64,000 nt of DNA, taken from an uncultured bacterium (lineage in GTDB: Bacteria; UBA8481). Shown here piece by piece: positions 51,808 through 61,076 of this stretch. Location of the stretch: assembly GCA_964499705.1 (NCBI GenBank), contig CAZCME010000004.1, forward strand, positions 1 to 64,000, read 5' to 3'. The translations under genes were made by a program, and so were the position numbers. The notes beneath the pieces are model-generated. The model was not told where the DNA came from. It searched no databases and saw only the letters and a program-made list of their open reading frames with translations. Positions within the stretch are counted from its first letter, which is position 1, and every line of letters begins with the position of its first letter.

Positions 51808-51841
51808 GTGAACAATAATCATTATCAAGTCGGGGTGTCAA
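51808..51841 (-). promoter_or_regulatory. Promoter of giant 2 (TTGACA-N18-TATTGT) overlapped by a Fur-box-like site
   Basis: Plus strand 51808-51826 GTGAACAATAATCATTATC matches GATAATGATAATCATTATC at 15/19 positions (hand count). Confidence 0.6.
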
Positions 51842-51938
51842 CGTTTTTATGGAAAAAAATGCGGGCGATTTGAAAAAATCGACTGTGAAAAAAAATACCG
51901 AGAAAAATATTTTGCGTGGTACACTCATTCCTCCAAGG

Positions 51939-52760
51939 ATGAAACGAGAACTACTCATCGCCTCCGGAGTGGATCCGTCCGGAGCTGCCGGGCTCGCGGT
52001 CGATATCGCAACGGCCCATGACTTTAACGTCGATCCCGCGATATTCGTTACAGCGTTCACCATCCAATCCGGGCGCAGCATCCATCGTGTCGAACCACGC
52101 GAGGCCTCGCATGCAAAAGCGGAACTGAAATACCTGCTTGGGGAATTCCGGCCTCGGATCATGAAGATCGGGATGATTCCTGATGAGAATACTGTTAAGA
52201 TCGTTTCATCTTCTCTTCAGATCGTTCCAAGAATCACGAAGATTGTCGACCCGATCCTGTGCTCTTCCTCGGGTAAAGCCCTCATTTCCACCAAAGGTTT
52301 CAACGCACTCCTGAGCACGCTCCTTCCCGGAGCCATCCTCACGCCGAATCTTGTCGAAGCGGAAATCATCTCTCGTCAGAAAATTCTCTCGGACAAGGAT
52401 CGCGAGGCCGCGGCCCAACGTATCCTTAATATGGGAGCTTTCGCCGTCATCATTAAGGGTGGCCACGATTCCACGGACAGAGCCGACGACCTGCTGGCGT
52501 CCCGCAATGATTTCATCTGGATTCGAGGCAAAGCTCGACGCTCAGCGAATGGGCGCCGCGTTCAGCTCCGGGGCACAGGGTGCCGTTTTTCCACAGCTTT
52601 TGCCTGTTCCTTGATCCACGGTCTTGATCTTGAGAAGTCGGCGCGTCTTGCGAAGAGGTTTGTCCGTGATGCCTTGACGAAATCAGACCTGGAGTCCCAG
52701 GTTCTTCCTCATTTCATCCAGCGTCACGGGCGACAGGCTCCGGGCCGTCGCCGAAAATAA
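51939..52760 (+). CDS. thiD: Hydroxymethylpyrimidine/phosphomethylpyrimidine kinase
   Basis: SGVDPSGAAG..VD, KIGM, VDP, LTPNL.EA, IKGGH, RGTGC.FS. Confidence 0.85.
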   Translation: MKRELLIASGVDPSGAAGLAVDIATAHDFNVDPAIFVTAFTIQSGRSIHRVEPREASHAKAELKYLLGEFRPRIMKIGMIPDENTVKIVSSSLQIVPRITKIVDPILCSSSGKALISTKGFNALLSTLLPGAILTPNLVEAEIISRQKILSDKDREAAAQRILNMGAFAVIIKGGHDSTDRADDLLASRNDFIWIRGKARRSANGRRVQLRGTGCRFSTAFACSLIHGLDLEKSARLAKRFVRDALTKSDLESQVLPHFIQRHGRQAPGRRRK

Positions 52761-53306
52761 TTCACGAGGATCGTCGTTCGATCGTTCCAACGCCACATTT
52801 CGCCGAAACAGTTCGGCGAAGGCGCTTTCCAGATCATCCCGGATAGCTTCGAACGTATCTCCTGTATTGGGGAATGCAAGCCGGTCGGCGAGCGACAGCT
52901 TGATTTCACCCGGAGCAAATCTCGGCGGGTTCGTCCACGATGCTTCGCGCTCCAGGAGCAGCGCGGCTCTCACGAGCATCGCCAACGCGGCGCGCACGCG
53001 GTCCCTGTTGCTCCCTTCCATCTTCGTCTTGCGCTGGTACAGTAGGCCAGCTCGTCCTCCGCCCGCGTCCACCGCAAAATGCTCGTCGGCGCAGACGAGC
53101 AGTACTCCCGGGCCGTTCCGCACATGCCCATAATCCGCCGCGTCAATCATGATGCCGGGGATTTTCTCCTCCTGGATCCACTTCTGAAATACAGGAAGAA
53201 ATTCCTCGCTCCGAACCTGCGCGGGTTCCGCAAAGTAGATCTTCAACCAGATTTTCTCCAAAAAGAGATCTCCTGATTCAGGCCGGCTCGACGGCTGCGC
53301 GGTCAT
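52683..53306 (-). CDS. Hypothetical protein downstream of the nitrite/sulfite reductase
   Basis: Coding-like ORF (PVFQKWIQ...IDAADYGHV..GPGVLLV) 7 bp after the reductase stop. Confidence 0.65.
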   Translation of the reverse strand: MTAQPSSRPESGDLFLEKIWLKIYFAEPAQVRSEEFLPVFQKWIQEEKIPGIMIDAADYGHVRNGPGVLLVCADEHFAVDAGGGRAGLLYQRKTKMEGSNRDRVRAALAMLVRAALLLEREASWTNPPRFAPGEIKLSLADRLAFPNTGDTFEAIRDDLESAFAELFRRNVALERSNDDPRELFSATARSLSPVTLDEMRKNLGLQV

Positions 53307-53313
53307 GATGGAT

Positions 53314-55647
53314 TCAGCGGCCCGGCGCGAACGGAGACGGAACGGCCGGAGCCTGGCCGGCGACGATCTTCATCTGGCACGCGTGCGAGGCTTCGATGAA
53401 GAGCTGCGCTTCCTCCACGCGCTGGTGCGCGTTTTCGGGCGTCGGATCGATATCGCCCCGTTCATGCGCCTGGAAGAGGAACTGCGCGAAGCGGCCGCCC
53501 GCGAACCGGTCGAAGAAGATCTGGGTATCGTAGAAATCCCGGCGAAAAATCTCGACGACGCGAGCCGGGTCGGCGGGCGAATCGATGTTGCGGATCCGGT
53601 TCAGCGCGTGCGCCGCGGAGATCATCGCCTTGCAGGCCGTCCGAATCGCCGCCGCGGAATGCCGCTTGATTTCCTCGGTCGAGGCGTCCTCCGAAATCCC
53701 ATCGAGCTCGATCTGCGCTTCGAAGACCTCACGTTCGGCTTCCGCGAGATCAAAATCGAACATGCTGACGACCTCGCCCGCGCATTCTCCCTTGCCCATG
53801 TCACCTATGGAAAATTCACGCGAGTCGTGCCAATCGACGAAAAACGACGGGTCGGCGTCATGAGCCGGAACCATCGTCAGGTCGTCCAGCATCGCTTTCG
53901 CTTCCTTCTTCCCGAGCCGGCCCATGAAGACGCGGAAGTTCTCGCCGCTCTGCCGCTCCCGCATGTACCGTTCGATCAATCGATCGACCACCTCGGGAAT
54001 TCGCTTCGAAGGAAGAGCTCCGATCGACAGGCCGTAATGCGCGGCGTTTTCGCTCCACTCCCCGCCCAGCAGCAACTGGAAATGAGGAACCGTGAACCCG
54101 CCGATGGTGCGGCTCGATCCGTAGAAACCAATGTCGGCGAGATGGTGCTGGCCGCAGGAATTGAAGCAACCGCTCACCTTGATCCGCATGTTCCGGACGG
54201 CCTCGTCGTACTGCAGTTCTCTCGTCATCAGTTTCTCCCGCAGCACGGCGGCCAGGCCGCGGGACGAGGCGATGCCGAGCTTGCAGGTGTCGGTTCCCGG
54301 GCAGGCCGTCACGTCCACGATCGATTCGGCGCCGGGCTCGTTCAGGCCGATGCCTTCCAGGTCGCGATACAGGGCCGGGAGATCGGATTCGCGAATCCAG
54401 CGCAGCAGCAGGTTCTGCTCCACGGTCGTCCGGATCGTGTCGTGTAGATATTTGCGGACGATGTCGGAAAGCTTTCGCATCTGGCTTGAAGAGATGTCGC
54501 CAAGCGGAAGCGTGACCGTGACCGCGACATATCCCGGCTGGCGCTGGGGCTTGGCGTTCGTGGAGCACCACTTTTCGAAGGGCGAAATCCGGACAGTAGA
54601 GACCGGATGGCCGGCGACCACGGGAGGTTCATCGAGGCCACGGAGAGGATGCTCGACATCCTGTTCCGCCTCTCCGAGCCAGTCCGTCCATTTCGGATCC
54701 GACGGGAGCGCAGCGCGTTCTTCGATGACGAGGCGCTTGAATTCGCCGATGCCGAGCTTTTTCACGAGAAACTTGAGGCGAGCCGCGGCGCGATTCTTCT
54801 TTTCTCCGAGGCGCGCGAAGACGCGCGCCATCGCCTGAGCGACCGGAAGGAGTTCCTCGACAGGAAGAAATTCGTCGAAGAGCTTGGCCTGGTAGGGAAC
54901 GGCGCCGAGCCCTCCGCCGACATAGAATTCGAATCCTCGCTTCTCCACGCCGTCGACGATTCGCTTGCGGGCGATGCAGCCCATGTCGTGCATCATCGCC
55001 AGGCCGCAGGCATGGCCCGCGCATCCGGAAAAGGCGATCTTGAATTTCCGGCCGAAGTCCTGTGTGTCCTTGTGGCCAAGGAGAAATCGCGCGCAAGCCT
55101 TGGCATACGGCGTCACATCGAACGTTTCGTCGCGGCAGACGCCCGCGATCGGGCATGCCGTCACATTGCGGACGGTGTTGCCGCAGGCCTCGCGCGTCGT
55201 GATCCCGGCGGCGGCCAACCGACGGAAGAGATCGGGCGTGTCGTCGATGTGGACGAAGTGAAACTGGAAATCCTGGCGCGTCGTGATGTGGAGGATCGAA
55301 TCGGAATATTCCTCCGCGAGATCCGCGAGCGTCTCCATCTGCGCCGCCGACAGGCCGCCGAAGGGAATCTTGATCCGCTGCATCCCCGGAGCATCCCAGA
55401 ACGTTTCAGGGCCCTTGGTCAGATCGCCGGATGCGTAGGAAATGCGGCGGGAGCGGACACCGTCGTGCCTCTGGCCGTTGTCGTACCGCTGGCCATACGC
55501 GCCGCGGCGCAGCCTTGTCTCCGCGAAGAGCTTCTCGTCAAACTTGCCCTGCTTGCGGAGCGCGATCTGCTGCTCGAAGACTTCGATCTCGCGCGCAAGA
55601 TCCTCGGGCATTCGGCCGGCGAGGCAGGTTTTCCAGTCGGTTTTCAT
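53314..55647 (-). CDS. Siroheme nitrite/sulfite reductase with a C-terminal extension
   Basis: RIKIPFG, HITTRQ, RKFKIAFSGC, TTVEQN, ACPGTDTC...SGCFNSCGQH. Confidence 0.9.
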   Translation of the reverse strand: MKTDWKTCLAGRMPEDLAREIEVFEQQIALRKQGKFDEKLFAETRLRRGAYGQRYDNGQRHDGVRSRRISYASGDLTKGPETFWDAPGMQRIKIPFGGLSAAQMETLADLAEEYSDSILHITTRQDFQFHFVHIDDTPDLFRRLAAAGITTREACGNTVRNVTACPIAGVCRDETFDVTPYAKACARFLLGHKDTQDFGRKFKIAFSGCAGHACGLAMMHDMGCIARKRIVDGVEKRGFEFYVGGGLGAVPYQAKLFDEFLPVEELLPVAQAMARVFARLGEKKNRAAARLKFLVKKLGIGEFKRLVIEERAALPSDPKWTDWLGEAEQDVEHPLRGLDEPPVVAGHPVSTVRISPFEKWCSTNAKPQRQPGYVAVTVTLPLGDISSSQMRKLSDIVRKYLHDTIRTTVEQNLLLRWIRESDLPALYRDLEGIGLNEPGAESIVDVTACPGTDTCKLGIASSRGLAAVLREKLMTRELQYDEAVRNMRIKVSGCFNSCGQHHLADIGFYGSSRTIGGFTVPHFQLLLGGEWSENAAHYGLSIGALPSKRIPEVVDRLIERYMRERQSGENFRVFMGRLGKKEAKAMLDDLTMVPAHDADPSFFVDWHDSREFSIGDMGKGECAGEVVSMFDFDLAEAEREVFEAQIELDGISEDASTEEIKRHSAAAIRTACKAMISAAHALNRIRNIDSPADPARVVEIFRRDFYDTQIFFDRFAGGRFAQFLFQAHERGDIDPTPENAHQRVEEAQLFIEASHACQMKIVAGQAPAVPSPFAPGR

Positions 55648-55667
55648 GGCGATAAATTTTATCGCCA
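55647..55667. promoter_or_regulatory. 21-bp palindrome overlapping the -10 box and start codon of the reductase
   Basis: TGGCGATAAA-T-TTTATCGCCA with perfect 10-bp arms. Confidence 0.6.
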
Positions 55668-55716
55668 AGTCGCTTCAAGCGCCAAGAAATTCGAGACTCC
55701 GCTCGCTTTCCTCGCG

Positions 55717-56388
55717 TTACCTCGCTCGCCTTTCTCCGAAGATCGCCGTGCCGATCCGCACCATCGTCGCGCCGTGTCCGATCGCGGATTCAAAATCCGA
55801 CGACATGCCCATGGACAGTTCTCGAAGCTCCAGCAGATCGCGGATCTCCCGAAGCTTCCTGAACCACGGAGTGGGATCCTGTCCTTGAGGAGGCACGGCC
55901 ATCAGTCCCGCGACATAAACCAAAGTCTTGTTCATCGCGGCGGAGATCAATCTCAAGATATCGGGCGGCAGGACACCTCCCTTCTGCGGTTCCTCCGCGA
56001 GGTTTACCTCAATGAGGCATTCCACGGGCACGCGCGCGCGCTTGTCGATCTCCTCCAGCTCGACGACGCGCGATACGGACAGGAGAGACGAGGAAGCTTT
56101 CAGGATGTCGCGTATCTTCCTGGTCTGGAGCCGGCCCTGGTAATGCCATCGGGGACGTAGCCCGGAAAGAGCACTCGCCGACGTAAAATATTCCGCCTTG
56201 GTTTCCAGTTCCTGCGCGTAATTCTCGCCGAAATCCGAGACGCCCGCGGCCAGCGCCTCCTGGATCGCCTCAGGCCCGTGCCCCTTCGACACGGCGATCA
56301 GCCTGATCTCCGCCGGATCCCGGCCGGCTCGTTGAGCGGCAGCCGCGATCCGGCCGCGGACTTCCGCTATATTCCCGGCTATGGACAA
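55717..56388 (-). CDS. yggS: PLP homeostasis protein
   Basis: LIAVSKG, FGENYAQE, WHYQGRLQ, QKGG, GLM, LSMGMSSD, VRIGTAIFG; likely TTG start. Confidence 0.93.
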   Translation of the reverse strand: MSIAGNIAEVRGRIAAAAQRAGRDPAEIRLIAVSKGHGPEAIQEALAAGVSDFGENYAQELETKAEYFTSASALSGLRPRWHYQGRLQTRKIRDILKASSSLLSVSRVVELEEIDKRARVPVECLIEVNLAEEPQKGGVLPPDILRLISAAMNKTLVYVAGLMAVPPQGQDPTPWFRKLREIRDLLELRELSMGMSSDFESAIGHGATMVRIGTAIFGERRAR

Positions 56389-56395
56389 GCGCGCG

Positions 56396-57094
56396 TCAGG
56401 CTTTGAACGGCTCGCCGCATCGAGGAGCGGGATTCGTGAAGCCGAGCGTTTCGCGCGTGCGAACAAGCTTCTCGACATTCTCGGGCGAGATCGGGTTCGG
56501 TCCTCCGAGGCTGCGTGCCAGGAGAATGATGCGCGCGGCATGATCGATCGACTCCATCCGCCAATGCGCCTCCCGGATATTCCTTCCCAACGTCAACGCT
56601 CCGTGATTCTCCAGGAGAATCGCATCGGAGCCGGTCACGTATTTTGCGACGGAGTCGGGAACCTCCTGTGTCGAAGGCGTTGCGTACGGAGCCAGAGGAA
56701 CGCTGCCGAGGGCGACGATAATCTCGGGAATGATGCAGTCGGTCATCCCGATCCCGGCGACGGCGAAGGCGGTCGCATGCGGCGGATGCGCATGGCAGAC
56801 GGCGAAGACATCCTCCCGCTGCCGGTACGCGACGAGGTGCATCTTGATTTCGGACGAAGGTTTCCATTTCGATCGAGAGAGCATCGTTCCGTCGAGAGAA
56901 ATCTCGACGAGATGCTCGTCGGTCATACCGCCCTTCGGAACTCCCGAGACCGTCGCGAGGATTCTACCGTTGGGGAGCCGCACGGAAAGATTTCCGTCGG
57001 TTCCGGAGATGAGACCGCGCTCCCAGAGCTTCCGGCCGACGTCGATGATGTCGCGCCGGGCGGCGGCGGAACCGCGCAGGCCGTGGACGGTCAT
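56396..57094 (-). CDS. Class II aldolase/adducin-family protein
   Basis: TDGNLS, PSSEIKMH, VCHAHP, LLENHG. Confidence 0.9.
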   Translation of the reverse strand: MTVHGLRGSAAARRDIIDVGRKLWERGLISGTDGNLSVRLPNGRILATVSGVPKGGMTDEHLVEISLDGTMLSRSKWKPSSEIKMHLVAYRQREDVFAVCHAHPPHATAFAVAGIGMTDCIIPEIIVALGSVPLAPYATPSTQEVPDSVAKYVTGSDAILLENHGALTLGRNIREAHWRMESIDHAARIILLARSLGGPNPISPENVEKLVRTRETLGFTNPAPRCGEPFKA

Positions 57095-58125
57095 CGGAAT
57101 TCCTTCAACTCCTCCGTCTTCATCTGCGCGAGGAGTTCGCGGACATTCTGTTCCATGCCGCGCTTCACAACGAGAACGACATCGCCGTTCCTGATGATGG
57201 CCAGATCCTCCACGCCGACCGCCGCGACCAGGCCCGCATCCGAATCGATGATGAGCCCTTTCGTCTCGAAGCCGACAAAGCGGCCCCGGACGGAATTACC
57301 GGACGAATCCTTACCGTACACGCGCGCCATCGCGCCCCAGTCTCCGACGTCGTCCCACGGGAAATCACCCCTGACGACGAACGATTCGGAACAATGTTCG
57401 AGTATGCCATGGTCCACCGAAATGGAAGGAGCCGCCGTGAAGATCGTCGACTTTCCACTCTGCTTCATCTCCGCCAGAACCTTCGCGAGGTCGGGAATGT
57501 AGCGCGCGACAAGATCGAGGTAGACACCGGCTCGGACGACGAAGATTCCTCCGTTCCAGAGCGCGCCTTCCTCGATGAGGCGCGCGGCGCGCTGCGGCGG
57601 CGGCTTCTCCACGAAGGACGCGATGCGGAAACCGGGGCCGTCGAGCGGGTCGCCGGGACGAATATAGCCGTAGCCGGTCTCCGGGCGCGTCGGAGCGATG
57701 CCGATGCAGACAATGCCGTTCTTTCTAGCCGCGATGGACGCGGCGGATGAAATAACTCCGCGGAATTTTTCCGGATCGGGGATGTGATGATCCGAAGGGA
57801 GAGCGACAATGATGTCGTCGGGAGCGCAGGCGATGGCGGCCAGTCCCAAAGCGGGAGCGGTCGACCGGCCGGAGGGTTCCAGGATGAGCTCCATCTCCGC
57901 GGCGCCGTATTCCGCCGCGACGGCGCGCGCCTGCTCGGCCAGATCCGCGCCGGCTACCGCAATCGTCCGCGCCGCCAGCGGCCTGATCCGCTCCAGGGTG
58001 TCTATCAGCATCGGCTTTTCGGATGCGATGGGGAGGAACTGCTTCGGCATGCCGCGCCGCGAGCGCGGCCAGAATCGCTCGCCTTTACCGCCGATGAGGA
58101 GAACTCCCACGATCTTCGTTGTCAT
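57091..58125 (-). CDS. manC: Mannose-1-phosphate guanylyltransferase
   Basis: GGKGERFWP.SR...PKQFL, EPSGRSTAPA, PSDH, ETGYGYI, FVEKP, WNGGIF, WDDVGDW. Confidence 0.92.
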   Translation of the reverse strand: MTTKIVGVLLIGGKGERFWPRSRRGMPKQFLPIASEKPMLIDTLERIRPLAARTIAVAGADLAEQARAVAAEYGAAEMELILEPSGRSTAPALGLAAIACAPDDIIVALPSDHHIPDPEKFRGVISSAASIAARKNGIVCIGIAPTRPETGYGYIRPGDPLDGPGFRIASFVEKPPPQRAARLIEEGALWNGGIFVVRAGVYLDLVARYIPDLAKVLAEMKQSGKSTIFTAAPSISVDHGILEHCSESFVVRGDFPWDDVGDWGAMARVYGKDSSGNSVRGRFVGFETKGLIIDSDAGLVAAVGVEDLAIIRNGDVVLVVKRGMEQNVRELLAQMKTEELKEFR

Positions 58126-58207
58126 GGAAGCGAGTCTACTCTCGTAAAGAATGCCGATCAATGACGGGGCGAATACGGGGACAGTATACTATTTTCCGTG
58201 AAAAATT

Positions 58208-58942
58208 TCACGGAAAATAGTATACTGTCCCCGTATTATCCAGGAGCGCGGGGTCGTCGGTGAAGATGGCGGCGGCGCCACGATCGATGAGGAGCTCGGC
58301 TTCGGCGGGATCGTTGATGGTCCAGATGAAGACGGGGACGCATCCGTCGCCGGTCAGTTCCGGAAAGAAAAGTTCCGGAGGGAGATGCAGCGCGCGAGGT
58401 TTGATTCTGCGCGCCGCGTCCAGAAGCATCGCAGGGCTGACCGTGCCGCGCCGGGCGGAGAAAAGAAGGCCGACGGGGAACCCTTCACGCACGACGGTTT
58501 CCATGAGACCCATGTTGAAGGATGAAAACCAGATGTCCGTCTTTTTCTCGCCGCGGGCGATCTCACGGGCCCTCGTCCATGATTCCGGGGCCTTGATCTC
58601 CACATTCAGAGCGCACCGGCCGTCGATGAATTCCAACACCTGCGAAAGCGAGGGAACGCCGACGCGATTCACATCCTCGAAGCGCGCTTCCGCGACCGGA
58701 CCATGGCCCTGGCCGGTCCTGTCCAGAGTCGCATCGTGGAGCAGAACGACTTCGCCGTCGGCCGTTAGCCGGATATCGATTTCAACTCCATCGGCTCCCG
58801 CGTCGATCGCGATGCCGATGGATTCGATCGTGTTCTCCAGAGCACGAGCCATCGCTCCTCGATGACCGAATATCTTCACGTTCCCGCGCCGCTCCCGCAT
58901 TGCCCGGGTTCCCGTCGCTCGCGAATTCGCGCCGTTCCTCAT
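58208..58942 (-). CDS. Glycerophosphodiester phosphodiesterase (start 58942, 58900 or 58879)
   Basis: FGHRGA, ENT, EIDIRLT.DG, HD.TL.RT, NVEIK, WTIND, IFTD. Confidence 0.9.
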   Translation of the reverse strand: MRNGANSRATGTRAMRERRGNVKIFGHRGAMARALENTIESIGIAIDAGADGVEIDIRLTADGEVVLLHDATLDRTGQGHGPVAEARFEDVNRVGVPSLSQVLEFIDGRCALNVEIKAPESWTRAREIARGEKKTDIWFSSFNMGLMETVVREGFPVGLLFSARRGTVSPAMLLDAARRIKPRALHLPPELFFPELTGDGCVPVFIWTINDPAEAELLIDRGAAAIFTDDPALLDNTGTVYYFP

Positions 58943-59946
58943 GATTCTCTCGTGCGCGCGACGGCCCATCTCGCGAATATCTCGTTGCGCCGCGCCGCGG
59001 GCATCGACGGATTGGACCGGTGGCGTTCCGGACGCAGAAGCATCACGGATTCCGCCCGCGCCGCCAGGTAGGCCGCTCCCCAGGCAACCGCATTTTGTTC
59101 CGCGACACGAATGACGGGCGCGGCCATCATGTCGGCGATCACTCCGGTCAGTTCATCGCTCCGCGCATAGGATCCGACCGCGTACAGTTCCTCGACGACA
59201 GCCTCCCCCGCAAGATCCGCGAGCGCCGCGCGAACCTCCAGGCCGACCGCTTCCAGAGCGGCGCGCGCCACCTGCGGCCTTCGCACTCCGTCCTTGAGCC
59301 CCATGATCGCGAACCCATCGTCCCTGGAGGAAGCGATTCCCTCCTCGCCCGCAACCGGCTGACGGGACCGTCGGGCAAAACGCACTCCGGCGGAATCCTT
59401 GCCGATCCGAGCAAGGTCGCGGATGTCATCAAACGATTCCACCAGGCCGAGCCGGCTGATGAGCACGCGAAGCGGTTCCAGGATGTCCGGAGTCATGCGA
59501 TGATGCATCACGCGGCGCTTTCCCTTCTCATCCGTCACCTCGATACTCTCCCCTTCTTCACATTGTTCCGCGTAAAGCCTCACCGGGTCATCGAGCATGA
59601 GCCAGGCCTTGTTTCTGCCACCGGCGAAAATCGGGAGGAGAGATTCGATCTCCGAGCCGGAGAAGGAGATTTTCAATCCCCCGATCAGCGGCAGGTGCGG
59701 ATCGAAGCGGCCATCACGGAGAAGCTGATCCGCAAGAACGAAGTCCTGCGGAGCGAATGCCACTCCCGCGCACCGGCAGTGTTCGCGATCACCCAGGCTC
59801 TCCAGTGCTCCCATGACGGAACGCGCCAGCACTTCGGCTCGGATGGCGCCGACGGGCAATTCGAATGAAGAACGGGCCACGACGCCGCGCTCCTCATGCA
59901 CCAGCACGGCGGTGACGGAATGACCTATGGCTAGCCCGCAGATCAT
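58939..59946 (-). CDS. Divergent, shortened FGGY-family (glycerol-kinase-like) protein
   Basis: DSAGV.F, I.GL...R..VARAALEAV, L.AVG..A.SD...IAD....V, AWGAAYLA; canonical N-terminal motif is degenerate. Confidence 0.55.
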   Translation of the reverse strand: MICGLAIGHSVTAVLVHEERGVVARSSFELPVGAIRAEVLARSVMGALESLGDREHCRCAGVAFAPQDFVLADQLLRDGRFDPHLPLIGGLKISFSGSEIESLLPIFAGGRNKAWLMLDDPVRLYAEQCEEGESIEVTDEKGKRRVMHHRMTPDILEPLRVLISRLGLVESFDDIRDLARIGKDSAGVRFARRSRQPVAGEEGIASSRDDGFAIMGLKDGVRRPQVARAALEAVGLEVRAALADLAGEAVVEELYAVGSYARSDELTGVIADMMAAPVIRVAEQNAVAWGAAYLAARAESVMLLRPERHRSNPSMPAARRNEIFARWAVARTRES

Positions 59947-60015
59947 CTGGAGAAAGAGACGGGGGTGTTGCTCCACAGGCGATATGTCTTCACACCGTTC
60001 ACCTTGCAATGCTCA

Positions 60016-60645
60016 TCATAGGAGGACACGCGGAGATCGTAAATCGCTCCTTCGAGCGAACGCCTCCTTCCAGTACATCCTGCCCGTGCGAAGGCAATGA
60101 TCCTCCCATTCCGACCTGATCTCCAGGTTCCATCCTTCTGAAAAGAGGAATGCCGGATGAGAGGCGATCGTCTCAAGAATGCCTCCGTGCAGACCCTCGT
60201 GATCGGTCATGATGTATATCCTCGAACCTGGCGGCATGAGCAGAGCCAGTTCATCGAGGAAGCTCGTGGAAAGCACTCTCCTCTTATGGTGACGTTTTTT
60301 GGGCCAGGGATCGGGAAAGAAAAGATAGGCGGCGTCGATGCGGCGGTTCGGCGTGAAATCGCGGATACGGCCGGCGATATTTCCCCAGAGGACATGAGCA
60401 TTCCGGAGCTGCGCGGCGCCGATCTTTTCCAGCAATTCCTCCACGAGAGGTTTTCGAACCTCGGTGCCGAGAATATTCATGCCCGGGCGGGTCCTCGCGT
60501 GTTCCAGGAGAAATCCGCCCTTCGACGCGCCCCATTCGATCGCCAGCGGCAGCGCCGGATCCGCGAAGACTTCATTCCATGCCGGTGGTTCCAGTCCTGG
60601 AAAAGTGCGCAGGGGGTTGGCGTGCGTGCGGATCCGTTTCTTCAT
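60016..60645 (-). CDS. trmB: tRNA (guanine-N7) methyltransferase
   Basis: RIRTHANPL, IEWGASKG, FPDPWPKKRHHKRR, TD, SEWE. Confidence 0.93.
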   Translation of the reverse strand: MKKRIRTHANPLRTFPGLEPPAWNEVFADPALPLAIEWGASKGGFLLEHARTRPGMNILGTEVRKPLVEELLEKIGAAQLRNAHVLWGNIAGRIRDFTPNRRIDAAYLFFPDPWPKKRHHKRRVLSTSFLDELALLMPPGSRIYIMTDHEGLHGGILETIASHPAFLFSEGWNLEIRSEWEDHCLRTGRMYWKEAFARRSDLRSPRVLL

Positions 60646-60665
60646 GAGTGTGTTATCATAGCAGG

Positions 60666-61076
60666 ATGTTCCGCCTTCGTGTCATTCTCTGGACGCTCGC
60701 CGCGCCGCTCGCGCTGCGCGGCGGAATAGCGCGCGCCTTCGACTGGTATCGTCCGCGTTCCGCCGGATCCGTTCACGACGCCCCTGAAAGGATCGTGGAG
60801 GCCGCGGACAAGATCCTCCTCTACCGTATCCGCGGCAGGCTTGTTTTCCGCACGCGCTGCTTGAAACGCACACTTGTCCTTTATCGCCTTCTCAGGGAGA
60901 GCGGCCACCCGGCAGTCGCGCATATCGGGCTCGGCCGGGGCGAGCACGGTTTCGACGGCCACGCCTGGCTGACTCTTCATGGCCGACGGATCGAGGATCC
61001 GACCTTCACTCCGCAGCGCGACTTCACGCCATTCCTGGAAATCGATGAGACCTCGAAGGAATTACGCGGCGCGTGA
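60666..61076 (+). CDS. Lasso-peptide B2-type leader peptidase (transglutaminase-like Cys protease)
   Basis: RCLKRTLVL..LL...G......IG.......GHAWL..G: Cys nucleophile plus HAW. Confidence 0.85.
   Translation: MFRLRVILWTLAAPLALRGGIARAFDWYRPRSAGSVHDAPERIVEAADKILLYRIRGRLVFRTRCLKRTLVLYRLLRESGHPAVAHIGLGRGEHGFDGHAWLTLHGRRIEDPTFTPQRDFTPFLEIDETSKELRGA

Noticed and set aside
52683-52760. 78-bp convergent overlap of thiD and the hypothetical gene as a functional feature
   Set aside because: It is probably a non-conserved C-terminal run-on of thiD, with no evidence of function.
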